Source: a virus. Taken from it: DNA of 64,000 bases. A model generated the notes under the pieces. The model was not told the origin of the DNA. It made no database searches and saw only the letters and a list, made by a program, of their open reading frames with translations. Shown here piece after piece: positions 48,530 through 57,363 of this stretch. The position numbers were made by a program, and so were the translations under genes. The first letter of the stretch is position 1, and the number at the start of each line of letters is the position of its first letter. The stretch is taken from IMG/VR virus record IMGVR_UViG_3300034060_000702, positions 1-64,000 of that record. One strand, given 5' to 3'.

Positions 48530-50122
48530 TTAAGTAGTTACTGGAAATGATACTTCTGCATCGCTTGCATTATAATAGGATATTTTATACGCGCCAAGTG
48601 AATTTTTATATATTTTACATGTATAACTAGCATAAACAAGAGTAGCAGCTGATAAATCAATTGGTACAGCTAAAGTACCTGTGTATATGCAATCAAAGTT
48701 ATTAAATCTAAATATTTTAACAGTACTAGGTGAAGTATTTACCCAAGCCATGGATAAACCTCTATTACTATCTGCAGCATAATTAAAAATACAATTAGAA
48801 ATAGATAGTGAAAATACATTATTTGTAAATGCATTCAATATAGTGTTTGCACTAAAAGTTTGCATTTCATTATTTGTAAAATTTTGATTTGTAGTAATAG
48901 TATTTCCTGTAAAAGTATCAATTACATTATTAGCAAATAAGTTAGCTGTAATAGTGCTAGAACCTACACTATACATTGTATTATTTGTAAATGTTGCATC
49001 TATAGTACAATCTACAAATGTATATTTAATAGTATTAAATTGAAATGTTTTTTTAAAAACATTTCTATTCATTGTAGCAACAGTATTTCCAGTAACTTGT
49101 AAGCTATGTGTATTACCATAAGCACTATTAATTTTATTATTAATACAAGAAGATAAATAAGTATTATTACCAAATGTAAAACCAAAAGTATTATCATAGG
49201 TAGTACTTCTAAATACTACATTTGGTAAATCAAATGCAAAATATAATTTACTTTTTGCAATAAAATTATTATAAACTTCAACTGTACCCAATTGATTAAA
49301 TGTTTTGAATTCAAGAGAACCAAAACCTAAATCAAATACAGAACTATATACACCAGTCGAATCTTTATATCTTTTAAACAATACTGTTCTATGATCATAG
49401 AATGTAGTATTTCCATACTCATCTTGTCTAAATGTAATTCTACCAGTAGTTGCTGTAGCTGTAATAGGTGTTGTATAATTTAACTCATACTTAATTATAT
49501 CTTTTGTATATTCATTTTGAAAAGCAAATGGATTTAATTTAGTTGGTGTTATTGCTTGAACATGTATTGGTTCAATAAGTGAAGTTACAACAACAGGTAC
49601 AACTACAGCTTGTATATTAAGAATTGTAGTACCAGTATAATCAGGTTGTTCATATATTGTAGAAAAGTCTGTAATCTTATACCATTGTCCTGGAACAAAT
49701 GTACCAGCACCCTGCATTGCAACCATTTCAGCATGTGTCTTATTAAGAAGACCGCCAGCTCCACCGGAACCACCGCCTCCTTGAGAAAGAGCATTACTAA
49801 AATAATCTATAACACTAATGAGTGATTCAGTCATTCCATCACCAACAGATAAAATCTCTACACCTCCTGCACTTTTAGCTTCTTCAATGTGTGTATGTTC
49901 ACAAAAATAATCTATGACTTTTTTTAAGCCTACAGATAAGTTATCGCCAGTTTCTAATAATGGTTCATTTAAATGACAACCAGCCTCTAGTCCTGTATAT
50001 ATAACACAATCAGTTGATGTAACATCAACACATGGATTTGGATTAGGACAGTTAACTGTAGGAGCAGAGCATTCTACACATGATACAGTTGATTCGGTTT
50101 GACCGCAGCTTGGACAACTCAT
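48530..50122 (-). CDS. Putative tail spike / parallel beta-helix protein
   Basis: Cys-rich N-terminus, [12 protein letters not shown] motif, then N/T/F-rich repeats (FTNNT, FANNV, FTGNT). Confidence 0.6.
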   Translation of the reverse strand: MSCPSCGQTESTVSCVECSAPTVNCPNPNPCVDVTSTDCVIYTGLEAGCHLNEPLLETGDNLSVGLKKVIDYFCEHTHIEEAKSAGGVEILSVGDGMTESLISVIDYFSNALSQGGGGSGGAGGLLNKTHAEMVAMQGAGTFVPGQWYKITDFSTIYEQPDYTGTTILNIQAVVVPVVVTSLIEPIHVQAITPTKLNPFAFQNEYTKDIIKYELNYTTPITATATTGRITFRQDEYGNTTFYDHRTVLFKRYKDSTGVYSSVFDLGFGSLEFKTFNQLGTVEVYNNFIAKSKLYFAFDLPNVVFRSTTYDNTFGFTFGNNTYLSSCINNKINSAYGNTHSLQVTGNTVATMNRNVFKKTFQFNTIKYTFVDCTIDATFTNNTMYSVGSSTITANLFANNVIDTFTGNTITTNQNFTNNEMQTFSANTILNAFTNNVFSLSISNCIFNYAADSNRGLSMAWVNTSPSTVKIFRFNNFDCIYTGTLAVPIDLSAATLVYASYTCKIYKNSLGAYKISYYNASDAEVSFPVTT

Positions 50123-50127
50123 AATTT

Positions 50128-50793
50128 TTAAATATTTGGGTTTTCAATAAATTCAATAATTAAATCACAACCTGTACAATCAACAGTAAAGCCATTGTTA
50201 AAAATAAAACCAAACATTGTAGTTAATGTAGCTTTAGGTATTGCTGGACTTAATGATTTTAAATAATCTAACATAATTTTAATTCCGCTTTTTCCATTGA
50301 AGGCAGATGCTTCTATTGCTCCACCTGATAAATTAATAGCAGGATCTATTCCTGTTTCATTTAAAAGATATGTAACTTCATTACCAAAAGTTTTTGGACA
50401 ACAAGTTGGAGTTTTATCTAATGTAGGAGTTTTAAATAATGGACTGTATATTAATGTTTCTACTTGTACTGAAATTGATTTATTAACACAACAAGGATAA
50501 AGAGTGTTTGGATTAGCACCAACATCAACTCCCATTTGTTTATCATTAATAACTTTCTTAAAAGAAGATATACCTCCTAAAAAATAAAAACCTGATTCTG
50601 TAACACAATCTGGACAACAAAAGTTTTGTTTACCTGAAACAACAATTCCAGAATATAAAACTTGTTCAAAAGCAGTAGACAAAGATACTCCATCAGTTGC
50701 TCTAGCAAGAGCTCTTTGTAACAGATATACAAGAGGATTAATACATCCTGGTGTAATCTGACATGGATCCGGACAACATTTTAAAGTACTCAT
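50128..50793 (-). CDS. Cys-rich hypothetical virion protein
   Basis: CCPDPC, CCPDC, PCC, TCCP and CTGC motifs; lies in the tail cluster. Confidence 0.6.
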   Translation of the reverse strand: MSTLKCCPDPCQITPGCINPLVYLLQRALARATDGVSLSTAFEQVLYSGIVVSGKQNFCCPDCVTESGFYFLGGISSFKKVINDKQMGVDVGANPNTLYPCCVNKSISVQVETLIYSPLFKTPTLDKTPTCCPKTFGNEVTYLLNETGIDPAINLSGGAIEASAFNGKSGIKIMLDYLKSLSPAIPKATLTTMFGFIFNNGFTVDCTGCDLIIEFIENPNI

Positions 50794-50796
50794 ATC

Positions 50797-51321
50797 TTAT
50801 CCTTGTAATAATTGATCTATATTCGCTTTCATTTCAGCCATATCTTGTTGCATTTTAACAAGACTTAATGCTTGAGTTTGTATTTGCACTTGTTGTGCAC
50901 AAACTTTAACACCAATTGCTGCAATGTATTCTTTTAATTGCATTGTAGTATTTCCATTAAGTTGGAAACAAGCTGCAATAGCCATTTCACAATCAGGACA
51001 ACCCGCAGTGCTTCCTACAGTAGTTGAAGTAGTACCTGGAGCAGGGTGTGCTAATCCACACACTGTATCCAAAGTTAATTGAAATAATTCAATAAAACTT
51101 TTTGGACTACAACCTTCAGTATCAATACATGCAAAATCATATGATCCAACACTTGTGATTGTAATTAAATTACATACTTTATCAGCAATACCAGCAACAA
51201 CAGTTGATATAGTATCACCAGTACATAAATTTAAAAATGGAATATCTGGACCATTCCAAATAACACACTCACTAGAAGATGTTACACATCCATTTGGTTT
51301 ACCATTTACATTCTTTCCCAT
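50797..51321 (-). CDS. Cys-rich fibre-associated protein with a C-terminal coiled coil
   Basis: The CVTSSSECVIWNG...TGD module is shared with the N-terminus of 48530..50122. Confidence 0.6.
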   Translation of the reverse strand: MGKNVNGKPNGCVTSSSECVIWNGPDIPFLNLCTGDTISTVVAGIADKVCNLITITSVGSYDFACIDTEGCSPKSFIELFQLTLDTVCGLAHPAPGTTSTTVGSTAGCPDCEMAIAACFQLNGNTTMQLKEYIAAIGVKVCAQQVQIQTQALSLVKMQQDMAEMKANIDQLLQG

Positions 51322-51322
51322 A

Positions 51323-51334
51323 ATATATAATATA
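51323..51334 (-). promoter_or_regulatory. Putative late promoter element TATATTATATAT
   Basis: Exact 12-mer ending 1 nt before the ATG of 50797..51321. Confidence 0.5.
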
Positions 51335-51349
51335 ATAAATTTTTGTCAA

Positions 51350-51979
51350 TTAAGGACAACAAATTTCTGAATTATTTACTAAATCCATTTTAAGCAATTG
51401 ATGATTAATAATGGTTTCCATTAAATCATCCATGCAACAAAATTTAATTCCCATTTTCTTTTCCATTGCTGATTTAAAAGTTAAGTCAGCAAATCTACAC
51501 ATAGTAGTTTCAACTTTAGTTTCATCTAATCCATTGTAATAAGAATCTAAAAATAACTTTTTAGAATCGATTTCATTTGTTGCAGGAACTGGAATATCTG
51601 GCATACATTCCTTACAAGTTTTTACACAAGTATATTCAAAGAAAAAATTTTCAAATGGAATGTCATAAGTTTCCTCATTACAAATTTCCGCAGCTTCAAC
51701 AAACTTAAAACAACCTGTAAGTTTACTTAGATTAATATCTGTAACAGATGAAACAACTACCATTGCTAGATCATCAGGATGAATGTTATTACTCATCTTT
51801 CCTGTGAATACTAATCGCAATGGTAAATTGTTTATTTTACATGGAGTTGAATCGCAACATTGCACTAGTGTATAGTATTCAATATTTGGTCCAGGACTTA
51901 CACTATAAGAAGTAGCATAGTCTTCTAAATCAAAGTGTAAAAATCTTGGTCTAAACCCTAGTATAATGTCAAAGTTCAT
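51350..51979 (-). CDS. Cys-rich hypothetical tail-region protein
   Basis: ORF track; 209 aa with multiple CC and CxxC motifs. Confidence 0.6.
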   Translation of the reverse strand: MNFDIILGFRPRFLHFDLEDYATSYSVSPGPNIEYYTLVQCCDSTPCKINNLPLRLVFTGKMSNNIHPDDLAMVVVSSVTDINLSKLTGCFKFVEAAEICNEETYDIPFENFFFEYTCVKTCKECMPDIPVPATNEIDSKKLFLDSYYNGLDETKVETTMCRFADLTFKSAMEKKMGIKFCCMDDLMETIINHQLLKMDLVNNSEICCP

Positions 51980-51981
51980 CT

Positions 51982-52110
51982 TTATTTTGGATTTTGTGAG
52001 TTATAAATATAAACACATTTAGAACACACTTGTGTTCCATTTAATGATACAACTGGATAAGAACCAGTACAGCTGCATGTTCCGCAGTTAGGACAAATTG
52101 TAGTAGCCAT
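51982..52110 (-). CDS. Small Cys-rich protein (42 aa), missed by the ORF track
   Basis: MATTICPNCGTCSCTGSYPVVSLNGTQVCSKCVYIYNSQNPK; fills the gap between its neighbours with 1-2 nt spacing. Confidence 0.7.
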   Translation of the reverse strand: MATTICPNCGTCSCTGSYPVVSLNGTQVCSKCVYIYNSQNPK

Positions 52111-52111
52111 C

Positions 52112-52678
52112 TTAATATAATTTACATGTAAAGTTATCTAATAATTTTTTAGCATAGTTATACAAAAGCATACCTTCTTCAACATTTAAACAATACTCTA
52201 CTTTTGCTTTAGCAGCATCAATGTATCCAGTGATTGTCATCAATGCATTGAATTTATCTTTTGTTTCTGGAATTGGTTCGCAAGCACTCAATTTAAGATC
52301 ACACCAAGCAGACTGTAATTGTTTTTTAAGAGCAGTAACTCTTAAATGGTAATACTCAACAAACAATCTATCATTTGGTGAGTTAGAATACTTAATTGTA
52401 TAAACACCATCATTCAAAGTATCAAATTCAACATCACATGAGTCCATTTGTAATTGTAAGTCACATGCTGTTAAATTTAAGATAAATCCTTTTTGAATTG
52501 TAAGGGGAGCTGGTGATAAATCATTATAGGTAATCCAGTTACCAAATCCTGGAGCCATTACTTGTACTGTAGGACAAGAGTAAGGCATTATATCACTATA
52601 GACACTTGTATCTTCTATTCGAAGAATACAGTCAGTCATAATATCTGGGATATTTAATCTTAAATTATTTATTGCCAT
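52112..52678 (-). CDS. Putative tail hub / collar structural protein
   Basis: 188 aa; LNDGVYTIKYS motif and a helical C-terminus; first gene after the auxiliary-capsid terminator. Confidence 0.5.
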   Translation of the reverse strand: MAINNLRLNIPDIMTDCILRIEDTSVYSDIMPYSCPTVQVMAPGFGNWITYNDLSPAPLTIQKGFILNLTACDLQLQMDSCDVEFDTLNDGVYTIKYSNSPNDRLFVEYYHLRVTALKKQLQSAWCDLKLSACEPIPETKDKFNALMTITGYIDAAKAKVEYCLNVEEGMLLYNYAKKLLDNFTCKLY

Positions 52679-52692
52679 TTTTTCTTTAATTT

Positions 52693-52728
52693 AAAAAAGG
52701 GGAATAGAGAAAAACTCCATTCCCCTTT
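52693..52728 (-). terminator. Rho-independent terminator
   Basis: AAAGGGGAATGGAG-TTTTT-CTCTATTCCCC-TTTTTT. Confidence 0.8.
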
Positions 52729-52751
52729 GAAGAGTAAATATACTACTTTTT

Positions 52752-54386
52752 TTAGATAGCTTTCGCTACAAATGCAGTGTGACCATAAGTTTCTAAAGAA
52801 ACAGCTTGTCTAGCATTTGTCAACCAAGTATTCATGAATGTTTCAAATGCAGTTGCTGTAGCAGCAGGAACATAAATGTTCAATGCATATTGATCATTAT
52901 CATAAACACCAGAAGGGTTGTTTGTTCTTGGAGTAGTATGCAAGATTACGTATCTTGTGAAAGATGCTTGTCTAATTGGTTTAAGAACACCACCATTAAG
53001 TGCAGTGATTGCCAAATACTGATCTCCTTGATTGATTTCTCTTAATCGGCTATCAGAATGGAATTGGTTTTGTAAGTATGATTCATCAAAGATAATATCA
53101 CGCAATACACTTTCTCCAAAACCTTGACCTTGAAAACCTTTTGTTTCATCAGTAATACATAATTTGCTGAACTCACATGGATTTCCAGTTAAGTCAGTCA
53201 ATGATACATTAAGATTAACAATTTCTTTTTCAAAACCATCTTCAAGTTGGAATGAACAATTACCAAATGAAGTTTCAACATAAGCACCAACTAAGCGGAT
53301 ACCAGCAACTTTACCAGCAACATAACCTGGAGATAAAGTAGCAGCAGTAGCACCTGCAACACCATAGTTTGACCATACATAAGCAGAACCAGCTTCAGCA
53401 CCTACAGTTGTAAGAGGAGTGATGTAACCAGCAGCAACAGCTTCAGCAGCAGTAGCAAACAATGGTTGTTGATATTGATTGTAAACGATAGGTCTAACAA
53501 AGTCTTTTACAATTGGATCATTGATGATTTGGTTAGCCCAATCAATCATTACCAAAGTTGAATCAACATTAACAACACCAGCAGTTGTACAACATCCTGT
53601 GTTAGCAGCATATGTTTTGTATGCTTTGTGGTTCAATAATTTCAAAATTGGAGCACCAGACAATTCAACCGCTAAGTTGTATGTTTCGCCACACATGAAA
53701 TCAAAAGAACAAACCGCAGGTTCAGTAATTGTAAGTGTTGGAGCAGTACCAACTGTAAATCCAGCACCAACATTTGCAGGAACCGTTAAAACATTACCTG
53801 TAACATAATTTGCACCATTGTTGTTAATTTTTGCAGAAGTAACAACACCACCAGCAACAACTAAGTCAACTGTTATTCCAGTACCAGCACCACCAGTAGT
53901 AGGTAAGTTAAGGAAAGTACCATTAGAAAGACCAACACCAGCAGTTGTAATTACAGCAGTAATTTCATTCAAATTTGTGTTACCAACATGAACAATTGCT
54001 TGTTCTGGAGCAGCAGCAGTCATTTTTACAAACTTGCTGATGTATCTTGGGTTAATCACTTTTGATTTGTTAGACTCATTGTAACCACCATGAAATGGTC
54101 CAATTTTATCTTTTGGTAAAATAGCTGAAGAAGCTAATACTAATGGAGCAGCAGCTACAACTTCAGCACCACCTACAACAACTGATAAATAAGTATCCTT
54201 GTTAAAGAATCCAAATGTACCAACACCTAATGCATAAGGTGCAGCTGTTGAACTTAGGTAGCGAGAGTGAACTCCGGCTTCAGTTAAAAATCCTTCATTA
54301 ACTGATTTTCTTACACCCGCAGATGTAGTTTGTGTTGCTTTTGTTCCTAAAAAGGACTTTCTAAAAGCACTGTTGAAATGACTCAT
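52752..54386 (-). CDS. Abundant structural protein, probably an auxiliary capsid (decoration) protein
   Basis: 544 aa, A/G/T/V-rich, with codon usage similar to the MCP; has its own promoter-like element and terminator; position matches crAss-like auxiliary capsid genes. Confidence 0.55.
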   Translation of the reverse strand: MSHFNSAFRKSFLGTKATQTTSAGVRKSVNEGFLTEAGVHSRYLSSTAAPYALGVGTFGFFNKDTYLSVVVGGAEVVAAAPLVLASSAILPKDKIGPFHGGYNESNKSKVINPRYISKFVKMTAAAPEQAIVHVGNTNLNEITAVITTAGVGLSNGTFLNLPTTGGAGTGITVDLVVAGGVVTSAKINNNGANYVTGNVLTVPANVGAGFTVGTAPTLTITEPAVCSFDFMCGETYNLAVELSGAPILKLLNHKAYKTYAANTGCCTTAGVVNVDSTLVMIDWANQIINDPIVKDFVRPIVYNQYQQPLFATAAEAVAAGYITPLTTVGAEAGSAYVWSNYGVAGATAATLSPGYVAGKVAGIRLVGAYVETSFGNCSFQLEDGFEKEIVNLNVSLTDLTGNPCEFSKLCITDETKGFQGQGFGESVLRDIIFDESYLQNQFHSDSRLREINQGDQYLAITALNGGVLKPIRQASFTRYVILHTTPRTNNPSGVYDNDQYALNIYVPAATATAFETFMNTWLTNARQAVSLETYGHTAFVAKAI

Positions 54387-54471
54387 TTTTCTTTTTTTTT
54401 AATTAAACACTAAAACACTAAGTATATATTATAAGGATAATTTTTTTAAATTCCTAATTTATATAAACTTT

Positions 54472-54609
54472 TTAACATTTTTTCTTTGCAGAACCGCCCA
54501 TAGCTTTTTTTGGAGCTGCTTTTGCTCCTTTAGCTGGAGCAGCTTTCTTCGCCCATGGTGGAACCCATGCTCCTTTTGCAGGTGCGGCTTTTTTCTTTGC
54601 TGTTGCCAT
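54472..54609 (-). CDS. Histone H1-like basic peptide (45 aa), missed by the ORF track
   Basis: MATAKKKAAPAKGAWVPPWAKKAAPAKGAKAAPKKAMGGSAKKKC. Confidence 0.75.
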   Translation of the reverse strand: MATAKKKAAPAKGAWVPPWAKKAAPAKGAKAAPKKAMGGSAKKKC

Positions 54610-54635
54610 TATATTTGATTTTTAAAGGTTACTAT

Positions 54636-55340
54636 TTAAGTATTTGATTCTACACTATTAGAAGCAATTTGTTGAATGTTAATACTTTCAATATCACCTG
54701 CTAATATTTTAACAGCTTCATCAATAAATATTTCAACAATATCATCTTTAAATTCACACTCAACTTCAACTAATGAAATCAATCCGGTATATGGATTAGA
54801 TACACCTTTTATTTCAATTCTTCTTGGTTGTTTATAATAAGTTAGTTTAGGTTCTACAACATCAAATTTAGAATCTGTATAGATCTTAATCTTATTTGCA
54901 GAAACAGTACAAAAAGTTTCAGCCCATTCAAAACTTGGTTTTTTATTGAAGTCAGATAATAGTGTATCTACATCTGCTTCTTTTGCCAATACAACAACAA
55001 GCTTTCTAGGATCTTTGCAACAACCACTTGTAGCTTTTGCTGATATTCTTTTCCACTCGAAATAATCTTTAGGAAGAGCTTGTGAGATATAGTATTCCTC
55101 TTCTTTGCTCATTTTTACTAGAACTGTATCCAATAAGATTTGCAAGTCATCGATTCTTCTTTTGGAAGCCTCATCTCCTGTTTTAGAAATATTGAGGCCT
55201 TCTAAAGTTCTTCTACACCAAGCAACTGTTGCTTTGTTGAAAGCCTCAACAATTTGCCAGTCAGTAATGTTATCATAATCCTTACTGTCTAACTTGTTAA
55301 TTCTTTGCTTAACTTTTATTTTGATAGTGCTATTATTCAT
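54636..55340 (-). CDS. Head-tail adaptor / ring protein
   Basis: 234 aa; KRRIDDLQIL, FNKKPSFEW and LTYYKQP motifs; downstream of the MCP as in crAss-like genomes. Confidence 0.6.
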   Translation of the reverse strand: MNNSTIKIKVKQRINKLDSKDYDNITDWQIVEAFNKATVAWCRRTLEGLNISKTGDEASKRRIDDLQILLDTVLVKMSKEEEYYISQALPKDYFEWKRISAKATSGCCKDPRKLVVVLAKEADVDTLLSDFNKKPSFEWAETFCTVSANKIKIYTDSKFDVVEPKLTYYKQPRRIEIKGVSNPYTGLISLVEVECEFKDDIVEIFIDEAVKILAGDIESINIQQIASNSVESNT

Positions 55341-55468
55341 TATTTTTTATTTTTAGAAGCAGGTTTTTTCATATTGCGACCAATCATCATTCCTGCCTGA
55401 AAAGATTTTTTAACCTTTTCTGCACAGTCTGATTTTTTTGAACTTGTAGTAGTTTTTGTCTTTGCCAT
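55340..55468 (-). CDS. Small basic peptide (42 aa), missed by the ORF track
   Basis: MAKTKTTTSSKKSDCAEKVKKSFQAGMMIGRNMKKPASKIKK; TAATG overlaps at both ends. Confidence 0.7.
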   Translation of the reverse strand: MAKTKTTTSSKKSDCAEKVKKSFQAGMMIGRNMKKPASKNKK

Positions 55469-55755
55469 TACTTTTTCTTTTTATGTGTATTTGCAAAATT
55501 TCTTGCTGCTTCTTTACTACCAAATCCCCATGCTTTTAATGCAAGTTTCAATCTTGTAGGCTCACCATTTGATTTCTTTTCTGGACCAGCCATACCACCA
55601 AATCTAGCAGCAAAACTAACCCTTCTTGGATTAGTTCCTGATTTTACTGGAGCTTTAAGGTTAGAACCTTCTGCTTTCGCAGAGGCTCTACCTTTAGCAT
55701 TTAATCCTCCATTGGGATTTTTTCCTTCTTTTCTTGTCCAAGCTGGAGTAGCCAT
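55468..55755 (-). CDS. Conserved small basic phage protein (DUF6321-like)
   Basis: PAWTRKEGKNPNGGLNAKGRAS...NLKAP...RRVSFAAR...ALKAW signature. Confidence 0.7.
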   Translation of the reverse strand: MATPAWTRKEGKNPNGGLNAKGRASAKAEGSNLKAPVKSGTNPRRVSFAARFGGMAGPEKKSNGEPTRLKLALKAWGFGSKEAARNFANTHKKKK

Positions 55756-55756
55756 C

Positions 55757-55975
55757 TTAACAACCTTTTTTCATTTTACCACCCATTGACATTTTAGGTT
55801 TTGCTTTACCACCCATTTTCATTTTAGGTGTTACTTTACCTCCAGCTTTATAAGCTTTTACTTTACCACCATTACGCAATATTGTAGCAGGATTATTATC
55901 AAAATCATCTGCAGCAATTGTTTTAGTAGGTGTTGGTGCTGGTGCTTTTTTAACTGGTTTTTTAACTGTTGCCAT
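55757..55975 (-). CDS. Small basic GG-motif peptide (72 aa)
   Basis: K-rich; LRNGG, YKAGG, MKMGG and MSMGG repeats; terminal Cys. Confidence 0.7.
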   Translation of the reverse strand: MATVKKPVKKAPAPTPTKTIAADDFDNNPATILRNGGKVKAYKAGGKVTPKMKMGGKAKPKMSMGGKMKKGC

Positions 55976-56002
55976 GATATTTATTTTTAAAAGTTACATT
56001 GT

Positions 56003-57001
56003 TTATTTACTCCACAACCCATCAACATTTGCCATCAATCGATCTAATACTTCTTCATTAGAAGGATTCAACAAGTATTCAATCATATCGGAAACATTTC
56101 TTCCTAACATAATATTTGTACTTGCTTCATACATCATGCTATCTCCTTTAGGAATAATGTATTTAAAGAAGCATGCATCCTTAACAACCGCTTTGATTTT
56201 CAAATAATCATTTGCTAATTCACTTGTTTCAATGAATAAGCGAGCAGTTCTTTTCTTATCTTGATCAACACCAAGACCATTGATATACTTATCTAAACCA
56301 TCATAAATAATATCAGGTAATGTTCTGTTACTAAATTGAACCGAACTACCTTCAAGACATTTGATCATGTAGAATAATTTTCTTGGGTTTTCAGTAGAAA
56401 TGTTTTCTAAGATAGCCAATGCTTTATTTCTAAGTTTAACAGTTGACATTTGAGTAGAGATTGTATCAATCTGTCTATCTAAATACCATTTCTTTTTGTT
56501 TCTTTTACACTCTTCTAAACTAGAAGCTACTAAAGAGAATCCACCAGCTTCTACAGCTTTGATAATAATCAAGTGATCAAGATTATTAATTGGATCTAAA
56601 ACAATTTCATCATTGCTTAATCGAATATTTATCTTACTCCAGATTTCAGAATTATCTGGTTTAAACATTTCAACTTTAGTCCAAAAATCTTTATCTTCAA
56701 CTTTTAAAGACATGTTAAAAGCTCTATCTCTTTCAAGTAAAACAATAGTTTCTCTGATTTCTTTAATAACAGCTTTCTGTTTTTCAGGATCACTAATTTT
56801 TTTGATGTCTGGAGCAAACTCATTTAATCCAGTAACATACCTTGTTTTACCATTTTGTTCGATTGCTGCAAGTGGTTCTACTTGCTGTGTTCCAGGAAAT
56901 ACAACATAACTGTATTTTTCTAATCCCATATTTTCAACTGTGTTATCACAGAATGGTTTAATAGAAATTTTACCTGAATACTTAATTGGTTCTTTACTCA
57001 T
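56003..57001 (-). CDS. Conserved crAss-like head-module protein (332 aa), function uncertain
   Basis: RYVTGLNEFAP and DFW motifs; lies between the MCP and the adaptor gene. Confidence 0.55.
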   Translation of the reverse strand: MSKEPIKYSGKISIKPFCDNTVENMGLEKYSYVVFPGTQQVEPLAAIEQNGKTRYVTGLNEFAPDIKKISDPEKQKAVIKEIRETIVLLERDRAFNMSLKVEDKDFWTKVEMFKPDNSEIWSKINIRLSNDEIVLDPINNLDHLIIIKAVEAGGFSLVASSLEECKRNKKKWYLDRQIDTISTQMSTVKLRNKALAILENISTENPRKLFYMIKCLEGSSVQFSNRTLPDIIYDGLDKYINGLGVDQDKKRTARLFIETSELANDYLKIKAVVKDACFFKYIIPKGDSMMYEASTNIMLGRNVSDMIEYLLNPSNEEVLDRLMANVDGLWSK

Positions 57002-57051
57002 TTTATTTGTTGGTTTAAATTAATAACTGACTAGGTTATAAAGATAATAAT

Positions 57052-57077
57052 AAAAATAACCTCCGAAGAGGTTATTT
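57052..57077 (-). terminator. Rho-independent terminator with a cUUCGg tetraloop
   Basis: AAATAACCTC-TTCG-GAGGTTATTTTT. Confidence 0.8.
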
Positions 57078-57082
57078 ATTTT

Positions 57083-57304
57083 TTAAGAAAGTGCAGTTAA
57101 CAATGCATTGAAGCGAGCTTCAAGTGCTATTATTCTGTCTGTAGTTGTTCCAGTTCCAGTTAATGCTGGAATAGCTTTTGCTAAAGTTGAGAATTGATCA
57201 ACAATTTCATTTACATGAGCAACTCTTGCAAGCTGTGCTTCATTGTAATCAGCTCCTTTTAATACTTTATCAGGACTTTCTGTTTTGATTTTTGTAAGTG
57301 CCAT
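57083..57304 (-). CDS. Small head-fibre/decoration-like protein (73 aa)
   Basis: Directly after the MCP; C-terminal heptad IIALEARFNALLTAL typical of trimeric head-fibre stems. Confidence 0.5.
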   Translation of the reverse strand: MALTKIKTESPDKVLKGADYNEAQLARVAHVNEIVDQFSTLAKAIPALTGTGTTTDRIIALEARFNALLTALS

Positions 57305-57316
57305 TTTATAAGATTT

Positions 57317-57350
57317 AAAAAAAGGAACCGGGGGTTGCCGGCTCCTTTTT
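57317..57350 (-). terminator. Rho-independent terminator after the MCP
   Basis: AAAAAGGAGCCGG-CAACCC-CCGGTTCC-TTTTTTT. Confidence 0.85.
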
Positions 57351-57363
57351 GATTAATAAAAGA

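Noticed and set aside
48530-49300. Diversity-generating retroelement target in the Asn-rich spike gene
   Set aside because: No reverse transcriptase and no template/variable repeat pair were seen in the window.
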